In this document: piece after piece, positions 35,812-44,406 of the stretch
Layout of the letters: each line of letters opens with the position of its first letter
How positions within the stretch are numbered: position 1 is the stretch's first letter
DNA from: a virus
Virus record (IMG/VR): IMGVR_UViG_3300037483_001670
Coordinates: 118,424 to 182,423 of that record
DNA length: 64,000 nt
Reading direction: 5' to 3' (one strand)
Notes under the pieces: model-generated
Databases searched by the model: none
What the model was told of the DNA's origin: nothing
The model's input: the letters and a program-made list of their open reading frames with translations, nothing else
Translations under genes and position numbers: made by a program

Positions 35812-36659
35812 CAGCGCGCTCTCCTCCGCCTCTTCGTCGGATGGCCCGTCACGGTCCCCGCGAAGATCGCCGCGCCGACACCCACGAGCGCCGCGGCGAA
35901 GAAATACGCTGTCCACGATTTTGCGCCGCTCGCGTCGGCGGTGTCACCGACAGCCGGAATGCTCTGCTGAAACGCGACCGTGTACTGCGGGTTCGTCGCC
36001 GAGTACGCGTCGACAGTCGACCGCATCGGCACTTCCGCGCGCGTGTCGGGCACCGCCACCGTGCCGCCGTAGTACGCCGGCGTGACACCGTGCGGAGGCG
36101 GACCCGAGTCGCGCACTGGACCCACCGGCACTTGCAGCGAGCTGCCATCGCCCGGCTTCCGATCGCCACGAATGACGACGTAGGGGTTGTTGTGATCGTC
36201 GACCTGAAGCGGCCCGACGAGGCGCCCGCCGCGCTCGACGTACGCCATGCCGCCGCCAGGGACGACCACGACATCGGCCCCGCTCGGGAGATCGATGACC
36301 TCCTTGCTGACGGCGAATTGCACCTCGCGCGCGATGTAGCCGGGAAGGCTTGGATGGTCCGAGAAGACTCCCATCGTCTTGTGGACCGTTCCGGGCCGAC
36401 CCGATTCGTCGAAGATGCCGGAGCCGACGACGTCGTCGTCGCTCTCGATTTGCTGAACGTAGTCGTCGTGGCGCTCGCCCTGGTAGCTTTCAGGTACGGC
36501 GCCGAAACCTGCAACGGCTCGACCTTGGGACAAGCTCCACCTCTCTTCGATCACGGGGTTCAGCTGCCCGATGAGCGGCAACCGGCTGCTGATCGGGTCC
36601 TTGTTGACGAGACGCCCCGTGTAGGGCTGTCGACTGGGCAAATGGATGATACCGGGCAT
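35811..36659 (-). CDS. tail-anchored putative virion protein
   Basis: AGFGA, SGIFD, C-terminal TM, KRRRR. Confidence 0.75.
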   Translation of the reverse strand: MPGIIHLPSRQPYTGRLVNKDPISSRLPLIGQLNPVIEERWSLSQGRAVAGFGAVPESYQGERHDDYVQQIESDDDVVGSGIFDESGRPGTVHKTMGVFSDHPSLPGYIAREVQFAVSKEVIDLPSGADVVVVPGGGMAYVERGGRLVGPLQVDDHNNPYVVIRGDRKPGDGSSLQVPVGPVRDSGPPPHGVTPAYYGGTVAVPDTRAEVPMRSTVDAYSATNPQYTVAFQQSIPAVGDTADASGAKSWTAYFFAAALVGVGAAIFAGTVTGHPTKRRRRAR

Positions 36660-36660
36660 C

Positions 36661-37521
36661 CTACGCCGCCTTTCGCTTCTTTTTCGCCACGTAGTACGCA
36701 CCGCCGCCGATCGCGAGCGCCGCGACGCCGAGGGCGACGAAGAGACCGGTCTTGCTCGAGCTCGCCGGCTGCGTCATCGCGTACGTCGTCGTCACGGCCG
36801 CCGCAGGCGAGTCCATCTTCTTGATCTGAAGGAAGCCGGCCCCGGGCCGCACGACCTGCGGCGTGTAGTCGACCGCCGGCTTCGGCGTCTTCGACGGCTC
36901 CTCGAACGACTCCGGCCACTGCGTCGGATCCTCGCACACGCTCGGACGGGTCAGCCCCTTCGGCACCGGCGCGACATAGTTGCCCGAGGCATCCATCTCG
37001 AGCTTGCACATGTCGGTCATCCACTGGCTCTTGCCGAATGGTGGAATGCCCTTGGTGGGCACCATCGACTTCTCTTCGGCGATGAACCGCGGCCTGCTCG
37101 GTTCGAGACCCTTGTAGTTCAGGTACGCGACGGTCGCGTTGTAGGAGTTCTGTTCCGTGCACGGCCACGCCCGGTCCCAGGTGGTCATGCGCCCGTAGAT
37201 GCCGCAGTTCCCAACCACGCCGTTGACGGTGAGAGATGGCCCCTTCTCGAACCCGGCCGCGTCCCACGGGTTGGCGGGCGCGTCACCGAAGCCAGAAATC
37301 GCGCGCGCCTGGCGATCCGCCGTCCACGATGGGGGCACCACCTGCGGCACGACGTCCGACGCATAGACGCGCTGACCGAAGATGTCCCGGCCCACGCCCG
37401 CGTGACCGTCAATCCGACCCGCCACGGTCTTCGTGATGGGCTTTGGGCTCATGTCCGCCGAGTACCGACTCGTATCGGTTTGCGCCAACGATCCGAGCCC
37501 ACCAAAGATTCCGTTCGTCAT
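36661..37521 (-). CDS. tail-anchored putative virion protein (YSADM family)
   Basis: GIFGGLG, RYSADMSPKPITKT, SGFGD, TM, KKKRK. Confidence 0.75.
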   Translation of the reverse strand: MTNGIFGGLGSLAQTDTSRYSADMSPKPITKTVAGRIDGHAGVGRDIFGQRVYASDVVPQVVPPSWTADRQARAISGFGDAPANPWDAAGFEKGPSLTVNGVVGNCGIYGRMTTWDRAWPCTEQNSYNATVAYLNYKGLEPSRPRFIAEEKSMVPTKGIPPFGKSQWMTDMCKLEMDASGNYVAPVPKGLTRPSVCEDPTQWPESFEEPSKTPKPAVDYTPQVVRPGAGFLQIKKMDSPAAAVTTTYAMTQPASSSKTGLFVALGVAALAIGGGAYYVAKKKRKAA

Positions 37522-38120
37522 GTCGCTGCTCCTCCTGCGGTCTTCGTGCCCGTTACGAGCCACGCGACACCACCGATCGCGGCGAGCGCCAGAATCCCGA
37601 CTCCAGCGTAGATCGCCGCCTTGCTCTTCGGCTGCTCTACGGCGTACGTCGTGACAACCGCCTGCGCCTGCGCCGGCGCCGGGGCGGGAGCAGAGGGAGG
37701 CGCGGCCGGTTTCTTGAACAGCGCCGGGAAGCCTGGCGGCGACGGAACCGCGCCCGAGCGGATCGCAGCGATGTACGCAGCCGCGCCCGTGTAGTTGCTA
37801 CCGCCAGCAGCGTTCTGCGCCTCGCGGTAGACGCTCAGAATCATCGCATTCGGCAGGTTGCAGGCCCACTCGGGCGGCCATCCGCCCCGCGGAATCAACG
37901 CCGTGCACGAGTTCGGCGGCCAGCCGTATTTCGCGTTCAGCTCGAACTGGTGCGGCTCGTCACGACTGTAGTAGCCGTGCGTCACCATGTCGGGCAGCGG
38001 CGGGCAGCACGCCCCATCGGGGGACGGCACCCATGCGCCCACGACGGCGCCGAACGCACCGATCGCATGCGGCATGTCCGCCGAGTACCACGTCGAGCCG
38101 CCAAACGAATTTTGACGCAT
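37518..38120 (-). CDS. tail-anchored protein, paralog of 61475-62401
   Basis: CCPPLPDM..HGYY...LNAKYGWPPNSCTALIPRG.WPPEW.CNLPNAMI. Confidence 0.8.
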   Translation of the reverse strand: MRQNSFGGSTWYSADMPHAIGAFGAVVGAWVPSPDGACCPPLPDMVTHGYYSRDEPHQFELNAKYGWPPNSCTALIPRGGWPPEWACNLPNAMILSVYREAQNAAGGSNYTGAAAYIAAIRSGAVPSPPGFPALFKKPAAPPSAPAPAPAQAQAVVTTYAVEQPKSKAAIYAGVGILALAAIGGVAWLVTGTKTAGGAAT

Positions 38121-38126
38121 TCGAGC

Positions 38127-38618
38127 CTACGCCTTCTTGCGGGACATGAACCAGAGCCCGGCGCCGATGGCCGCGAGCGCGAGGCCGGCACCGACGACGT
38201 ACGTCGTGGTCGACATCTCCCCGAGGCCCTCGACGGGCTCGCCGTAGCGGTTCATTCCGTACGGTCCGCGCCGGAGGGGTCCGCCGAAGATGCCGTGGCC
38301 GCCCCACTGCAAGCCGACCGGAATCTGCTGATCGATCGGATCGCCGAAGCCCTGCACCGCGGCAAGCTTGCCCTCCCACGAGGGGTTGATGGCCTGGGGG
38401 ATCGAGTCGGACGCGTAGATGTACTGCCCGAAAATGCTCTCACCGATCACCTGCGCGCTCTGGCCCAAGATCGGAGACGGCTGCGTCGGCAGCACGGTCG
38501 GCACCTTCGTCTCCGTGATCGGCTTCGGCTGCATGTCGGCCGAGTACTTCTCCATCGCACCGGCCGTACGCGTGCCGATGCTGGACACTACCCCGAAAAC
38601 ACCGCCCATTCCGTTCAT
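38127..38618 (-). CDS. tail-anchored protein (YSADM family)
   Basis: MNGMGG, KYSADMQPKPITET, QGFGD, EGLGE, TM, RKK. Confidence 0.75.
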   Translation of the reverse strand: MNGMGGVFGVVSSIGTRTAGAMEKYSADMQPKPITETKVPTVLPTQPSPILGQSAQVIGESIFGQYIYASDSIPQAINPSWEGKLAAVQGFGDPIDQQIPVGLQWGGHGIFGGPLRRGPYGMNRYGEPVEGLGEMSTTTYVVGAGLALAAIGAGLWFMSRKKA

Positions 38619-38635
38619 GTTGACTCCTTTGGACC

Positions 38636-39298
38636 TCAGTCGAGTTTCATCTTCAAGAGCGTCTGGGCCCGCCCTGCGGCTTCCAGCTCGCGCGGCCCTG
38701 CGACGCCGTCGAGCAAAATCCATTTCTCACTTTTCGGCTCTTGCGCCGTGATCGCCACGTGCGAGAGCTTCCCCGGCGCGAATCCCATTGCGACGAGCGT
38801 GACGTTGCGGCCGATGGTGAGGCACATCGTCGCCGCCATCGTCGAGACGTCGTCACAGTCGACGACGGTCGAACCGTAGGCGTTGATCTCTTCGACCTGG
38901 CGCTGCGGGTCCTTCACCATCTCGACGTGCCGCGGATCGTTCGCGTACCGAAAGAGCGCGATGCCGGGCACCCAAGGACTCGGTTGCACGAACACGTTGC
39001 GAATCGCGAGGATTTCGCCGAGGTAGTCCTTCGGCTGCACGCCGCGCAGCGCCCACTCGGTGAACTGCCGCACCTCCATGGAGCGCTCGCCGCGCGCGCC
39101 GAGGGCCGCGTCCGCCATCTGTTTCAGCGTCGTCTCGGGTCCGCGAAACGGCCGCACGGTGTACGAGCTCGGCCGAAACGCGGCCTGCTCGGCCGCAAAC
39201 CCAAGGAACCCGCCGCCCACGCTCGCGCCGCCCGCCAAAGCTTGCGGCATGAGCGGCATCCCTGTGCGAGCGTTTTTCTCTACCAAGCTGAACGACAT
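38636..39298 (-). CDS. transglutaminase-fold cysteine protease (Cys-His-Asp)
   Basis: RYANDP..VE, VVDCDDVSTM (Cys), LSHVAI (His), WILLDG (Asp). Confidence 0.8.
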   Translation of the reverse strand: MSFSLVEKNARTGMPLMPQALAGGASVGGGFLGFAAEQAAFRPSSYTVRPFRGPETTLKQMADAALGARGERSMEVRQFTEWALRGVQPKDYLGEILAIRNVFVQPSPWVPGIALFRYANDPRHVEMVKDPQRQVEEINAYGSTVVDCDDVSTMAATMCLTIGRNVTLVAMGFAPGKLSHVAITAQEPKSEKWILLDGVAGPRELEAAGRAQTLLKMKLD

Positions 39299-39310
39299 GC
39301 GTGTCCCGTT

Positions 39311-39333
39311 GGACAACGCTCAGCTCGAGGTCC
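39311..39333 (-). promoter_or_regulatory. conserved hairpin element copy 4
   Basis: GGAC-CTCGAGCTGAGCGTT-GTCC, 12 nt upstream of protease ATG. Confidence 0.65.
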
Positions 39334-39411
39334 CAAAACAAGTCTACCGGACCCAGCCTGCGAGCACAAGTCGCCGGGAAGCTACCGAAAAACTGGCCCG
39401 GCCGGGAGCCC

Positions 39412-39948
39412 TCAACTGGCCTGCGCCGGCTCGACGAGCTTCTCGAGCTCGACCCAAACCTTCGCGGCATGCGACTCTACCAGCTCGGCGAGCTCCGCCG
39501 ATGGCTCCTTTTCCAAGAGGGCGTTGCGCACGATGTCCATCGCCTGCGACGCGCCCATCTCGACGAGCCGCTTGACGTTGTCGACCCCGATCGTTTCGGT
39601 GAACGCCCGCGCGATGCTCACCGGATCGTCCCCCTCGGGAACGGCGATCATGTGCTCGATGTAGCCCTCGAGCGCCTTGCCCATGAGCTCGACGGGCATG
39701 AGCTCGACGCCGAGCTGCACCCCGAACATGCCCAACATGGCCGACGCGGCGGCCTGAACGTGCGTCGGCATCATGTGGGGCGGGCACTTCGCCACCAAAG
39801 ATTGAGAGAACTCGATACGCAGCTGGGTTTCGCCGCCCGACGCGAACTCGATCCGGATGCGTTCGGCGTCGGCCGTTGCCGTCACCGTCGATTCTTCGTT
39901 CGTCAGTCTGAGCTCACCCGTCCACGGCTTCTTCTTTTTCGTTTCCAT
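39412..39948 (-). CDS. hypothetical protein
   Basis: 178 aa ORF, GGGAG RBS. Confidence 0.7.
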   Translation of the reverse strand: METKKKKPWTGELRLTNEESTVTATADAERIRIEFASGGETQLRIEFSQSLVAKCPPHMMPTHVQAAASAMLGMFGVQLGVELMPVELMGKALEGYIEHMIAVPEGDDPVSIARAFTETIGVDNVKRLVEMGASQAMDIVRNALLEKEPSAELAELVESHAAKVWVELEKLVEPAQAS

Positions 39949-39964
39949 TCCCGATCTCCCTTTT

Positions 39965-42592
39965 TTACGCAGCCGCGCCAGCCATCTGGTTGATGATCGC
40001 TACGGCCTCGTCCCAAACGGCGCGCACGTACTTCTGTCCCGCGCGCGTCACGATCGCCGTCTGCTGACCAGCGGGCTGGCCATTGACGAACTCGATGAAC
40101 ACGTCGGCCGACACCGCAGCGATGACCTGGTTGGCCACCTGCGGACCCGCGTGCTGAATGAATCCCTCGGCGAATTGCCGCGGCGCAACGACGCCGCTCC
40201 GAATCGCCTGATCGAGCTGGCCGACGAACATGCCGATCGCTTCCGCCGGAATCACCTGCGGTTGCTGCTGCGGAGGCGGCGGCTGGCTCGGCGCGGCCTG
40301 CACCGGCGGCTGACCGGCGGCCCTCACCTGTTCGGGCGTCGGACCCCAGACGGGCTGCGTCGGCGGAGCGACCGGAGCTCCCCACCCTCCCGCGGGCGCT
40401 ACCCCTTCGGGCGGAGCGTGAGGCGGCATCCCGTCGTTGAGCGGGCTGACGCCCATCCGAACTTCTGTCTCGGTGCCAGCGACCGGCGGCGAAGCCGGTC
40501 CCTGGATCCGCGACCCCTCGATGACGCTCGGCGCGGCAATTCCCATCGGCGAGAGCGGCGGTGGCGGCCCCTGAAACGGAGCCGGAATCCCCGCGGGCGC
40601 GGCGCCGGGAGGAGGCGGCGACCACCGCATCGCCGGCGCCATGACCGGCGGCTGCCGCTGAACGGGTCGACGCACCATGTTCGGCGGTCCTGCCTGGAGC
40701 CGCGGAGCCGCCGCCTGCTGCGCCGCGGCGACCTGCCGGTTGTTGTCGCGCGCCGCGACCACACCTTCGCGCACATCTCGGACGAGCTCGGGCGCCTTCG
40801 CGAGAAGCGACTGGAGCCCCAGCGCGAGCGCCGACTTCCAATCGGTCGGCGGCGCGGCCTCGGCCTCGTTTTCGCCCGGCGCCGTGTACCCGAGCACTTC
40901 CGCGGTCTGCTTGATTTCCTCGAGCTGCTGTCCGAACGGCTTGTTGTTTTGCTGCCGAGCTTCACTGATCTCGCGCTCGAGCCGGTGATTTTCGCTACGC
41001 AGGCGCGTGAGCTCGCTGTTGTGCGACTCGATCTTGACGTTCGCCGTCTCCTTCGAAAAGGTCGTCATGCTGTCGTATTGGGTCTTGAGCGCCGACACTT
41101 CCCGATCGCGCTGCTCGCGCACGGTTGCGATCTCGCGCTGCGTCGACCGCTCGATGTCCTGCACGCGTCCCTCGTGGGTCGTCTTCAGGTAGGTCATTTG
41201 CAACTCGTGCGCGTCCTTGAGCGCCTGCTCGCGCCGGGCCGCTTCTTCTCGGATCCGCTCGCGCTCCCGCTGCGCCTCTTCCAAGATGCGCGCACGCTCC
41301 CGATCGAGTCCCGCGGCTTTGACCTCGTTCTCTCGACTCGCGGCGCCAAGCTGCTTTTCGTATTCGCCGCGCTGTCGATCGATTTCGCCCTGCTTCTCGG
41401 TCCGCAGCCGATCCGTGTCTTCGCGCTGGCGCAGGTTCGACTGCTCCAGCTCGGTCTTGTGCCGCAGGTTCAATTGCTCGAGGTCAGTTTTGTTCCGGTC
41501 TTTGATCTCGTTCGTCTCCCGAAGCAGGCGCTCGTTCATGGCCTTCATTTCGGCCACGTGCGCATCCTTGAGGGTGTTGACCTCTTTTTGGTAGTTCGCC
41601 TCGATCTCGCGGGTCTTGTCGGTTTCGCGCACATGAAGGTTGCGCGCCGCCTCCCCCTCAAGCTGAACGAGCCTCGACCGGGCGTCGTTGAGAGTCGTAT
41701 CCCGCTCGCTGAGTGTCTTCTGAAGTACGCCAATCTGCTCGCGGAGCAGCGACGTGGAGTCGTTGTGCGTTTTCGTCATTTGCTCGAAGATCGCTTCCGG
41801 CGGCTTGCCGAGCCGGGCGACCTCAGCGTCGTACCGAGCCCGCGCCTCCTCCGCGCGCTTGCGCTCCTCGGCCTCGATGTCGAGCCGGCGCATCTCGACA
41901 TTTTCGCTCGGAAACATCGGATAACCTGGCCTGCCCGGATACCCGGCGCGCTGTGCGTGCGTCATAAACGACTCCTCTTCGCCGAACGGTGTCGGCAACA
42001 GTTCCATGTTGGGCGCACCTGCTACGCTTAACTGCAAACTACCTCGCGTTTCGAGGGCTCCCGGATCGGCGTCCGTCTTGTTCGACGGACTCAAAACCAT
42101 CACTTCATATTTGCCACCACCGAACAGCCCCATAAACTGTTCCATGCTCAAGCGGTGCTTCACATCCCTTAAAATACCGGCCACATTGACACCGCCGATC
42201 TTCGGCGGAGCGAGGCGCGTCACGCGCAAAATCGTGTTGCCGTCGCCTACATTGTGCTTCTCGCAGAGCTCTTCGAGCGTTCTCGGCTGGGACCTCGGCG
42301 CCGGACCGAGCAGCATGCCCGGATCCGCTCGTGGCGCTTGCATCGGAGCGCGTTCACTGACCGCGCTGCTCCACGCGGTCGGCTGCCGCGGTTGATGCCG
42401 CACGCTCGGCATCAACGGAGGCGGCGCGCCCGCCGGCATCGGATAGACCGGCGCCGACGGCAGCGATCCGGGGGAATCCGGCGCGGCAAAGTCCTCCGCG
42501 CTCTGGGCCGTCCGCAACGCGGACGCTGCGTCTGCGACGGCTTCGCTTACCTCGGCAGCCGGCGTTTCAACCAGCTCACCACCGCCCGACAC
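39965..42592 (-). CDS. large coiled-coil protein with Pro-rich flanks
   Basis: about 400 aa E/R/Q/K heptad region; GGAGG + GTG start at 42592. Confidence 0.8.
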   Translation of the reverse strand: MSGGGELVETPAAEVSEAVADAASALRTAQSAEDFAAPDSPGSLPSAPVYPMPAGAPPPLMPSVRHQPRQPTAWSSAVSERAPMQAPRADPGMLLGPAPRSQPRTLEELCEKHNVGDGNTILRVTRLAPPKIGGVNVAGILRDVKHRLSMEQFMGLFGGGKYEVMVLSPSNKTDADPGALETRGSLQLSVAGAPNMELLPTPFGEEESFMTHAQRAGYPGRPGYPMFPSENVEMRRLDIEAEERKRAEEARARYDAEVARLGKPPEAIFEQMTKTHNDSTSLLREQIGVLQKTLSERDTTLNDARSRLVQLEGEAARNLHVRETDKTREIEANYQKEVNTLKDAHVAEMKAMNERLLRETNEIKDRNKTDLEQLNLRHKTELEQSNLRQREDTDRLRTEKQGEIDRQRGEYEKQLGAASRENEVKAAGLDRERARILEEAQRERERIREEAARREQALKDAHELQMTYLKTTHEGRVQDIERSTQREIATVREQRDREVSALKTQYDSMTTFSKETANVKIESHNSELTRLRSENHRLEREISEARQQNNKPFGQQLEEIKQTAEVLGYTAPGENEAEAAPPTDWKSALALGLQSLLAKAPELVRDVREGVVAARDNNRQVAAAQQAAAPRLQAGPPNMVRRPVQRQPPVMAPAMRWSPPPPGAAPAGIPAPFQGPPPPLSPMGIAAPSVIEGSRIQGPASPPVAGTETEVRMGVSPLNDGMPPHAPPEGVAPAGGWGAPVAPPTQPVWGPTPEQVRAAGQPPVQAAPSQPPPPQQQPQVIPAEAIGMFVGQLDQAIRSGVVAPRQFAEGFIQHAGPQVANQVIAAVSADVFIEFVNGQPAGQQTAIVTRAGQKYVRAVWDEAVAIINQMAGAAA

Positions 42593-42596
42593 CGGC

Positions 42597-43118
42597 TCAT
42601 CCTCCCGGCCGGCTTGCACCGGGTTCGGCGGATTCGCCGTCGTCGTCGTCGTCGTCATCCTCGAGCGTCGTGTCCGCGAGGATCGTCATGCACTCGCCCG
42701 CAAGGCTCTTCAGCCGTGCAAACTCGGCCGTCACCTCCGGCGGAAACGTCGCGCCCGATCCGGTCACCGTCGCGATGATGAAATCGACACCCTGCGCGAG
42801 CGCCAAAAACTTCTCGGCGTCCTCTTGCGCGAATTGCGTGCCGCCGCCCGCCTCGTTCTCGAGCTCACCGAGCCGGCCGTCGATGTCGCCAAAGATCGAG
42901 GTTGCTTCTTCCTGCTGGCGCGCCATCTCGGCCGCGATGTCTTTGACGTACTCGAAGAGCGTGTCGCGCATCTCTTGCACGACGCCAGCGATATCTGCCG
43001 GCGGTGTTCGCTTCAACCTCGCCTGATCCATAGTGATGTCAGCGATCAATTTCCTGATCGCGTCGATCGGATCGGGCGCCGGCGGCGGCGCCGGTACCAA
43101 ATGTGTCTGCTGCGTCAT
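42597..43118 (-). CDS. helical acidic protein
   Basis: 173 aa, acidic tail. Confidence 0.7.
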   Translation of the reverse strand: MTQQTHLVPAPPPAPDPIDAIRKLIADITMDQARLKRTPPADIAGVVQEMRDTLFEYVKDIAAEMARQQEEATSIFGDIDGRLGELENEAGGGTQFAQEDAEKFLALAQGVDFIIATVTGSGATFPPEVTAEFARLKSLAGECMTILADTTLEDDDDDDDGESAEPGASRPGG

Positions 43119-44062
43119 GGTGATTCCCCTTTGGCGGCTTCGCCGTTCGTGACCACTGGTGCTTCTTCAACGACCGGCAGCGCCGGTGGTTGGTACGTTT
43201 CCGGCTCGGCCCCAAGCCCAAATAGCGCGACCATCTTCAGATGGGCACGGCTCCGCAGCTGACGTCCATCAGGCTCATCGAGGTACCGCACGACGCTCTC
43301 CGGTGCCGCTGGAGATCGGTAATCGCACGCGTACACGGCCTCGTCGCGGAGGCTCATGAACGCGCCGCCGACCGATTTCCGCATCGTGCAATTGCGGAAG
43401 ATGATGCGGTGACCGAACTTCGTTTCGTCCTGCTCCTCGTCGTTCGAGAACACCTGACGCTTGTAGTAGCGGCAGCGCTCGCGAATCGGCCGGACCAGAA
43501 ACAAGAGATCGCCGTCGTTCGTCCAACCTTCGCGAGCGCCAGGTTGTATCACGTAGACGGTGAGCCCAAAGCGCTTCGTCACCTCAGCAGGACTGATCTC
43601 GACGCGCTTTTCTTCGTTGCCGTCAGACGCGTAGCGCTGCCGCAGCGTGAGCGTCGAACGTAGACGCTTGTCGATCTCGCCGTGGAAATCCTCGAATGCA
43701 GCTAGCTCGTTTTCGAAAACTTCGACGTACTGTCGATCGTCTTCGACGCACACGACGTGATCGATCGTGAAGGGCGCGGCGGTGGCGAGACCGTGACGTT
43801 CGTTCGCCGGCACCGGGATACCGTCGATCGGATGCGGCACCATCGGGATCGGCTCGATCGGAAACTGTTCCGCAAGCTCGTCGCCGACACACGCTTCGCT
43901 GTCCATCACACGTTCGAGTGAAACGTCACCTGATTTTTGCTCGCACTCGCGCGGCGTCGCGCCACACGCTGCCGGTCCAACCTCCTCGAGCGGCTCTGCG
44001 CCGTCCGGCACTTCCTCACTGCTACGTTTCGTGCCAGAGGCAGAGCTCATCAGATCTTCCAA
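43115..44062 (-). CDS. hypothetical protein
   Basis: 315 aa, first gene of the leftward arm. Confidence 0.7.
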   Translation of the reverse strand: MEDLMSSASGTKRSSEEVPDGAEPLEEVGPAACGATPRECEQKSGDVSLERVMDSEACVGDELAEQFPIEPIPMVPHPIDGIPVPANERHGLATAAPFTIDHVVCVEDDRQYVEVFENELAAFEDFHGEIDKRLRSTLTLRQRYASDGNEEKRVEISPAEVTKRFGLTVYVIQPGAREGWTNDGDLLFLVRPIRERCRYYKRQVFSNDEEQDETKFGHRIIFRNCTMRKSVGGAFMSLRDEAVYACDYRSPAAPESVVRYLDEPDGRQLRSRAHLKMVALFGLGAEPETYQPPALPVVEEAPVVTNGEAAKGESP

Positions 44063-44342
44063 TCTAGCCGTGCATTTACATCACACTCAAGAACTTCATG
44101 TATGCCCGGGGGATAAAAACTTTCTTGCCAGCTTTGTCGTCGTGGAGTTACGACGAAAGACCCGGTGATCGTCCGCAGTGCCGATCGCCTGTTCGTCGGG
44201 TTCCTACCTGAACGACCACGCATGACAGCCGTTTCGTAGTCCCAAAAGCGCGATGCCCTCGGGCCGACCAAGTCCGAGGGCACCACAGGAAGGTCTCAAG
44301 TGAGGCGGAGATCAGGCCAGCCGACAATCGAAACCTGGAACC

Positions 44343-44370
44343 ACGATATCCACTCCTGTACGAGTGTCAA
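44343..44370 (-). promoter_or_regulatory. putative promoter TTGACA-16-TATCGT
   Basis: in divergent intergenic gap; same architecture at 53563. Confidence 0.55.
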
Positions 44371-44406
44371 GCGCGTACAGTCACGACACGTCACGTACTG
44401 TCAGCG

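Noticed and set aside
34929-36824. 631-aa plus-strand ORF (also 27431-29035, 39857-42031, 57515-59386, 60014-61207 and similar)
   Set aside because: Antisense shadows of real genes, expected at this GC; R/A/P-rich with no motifs
39965-42592. Tail tape measure or SMC protein
   Set aside because: No tail genes nearby, no TM/aromatic TMP repeats, no Walker A/B
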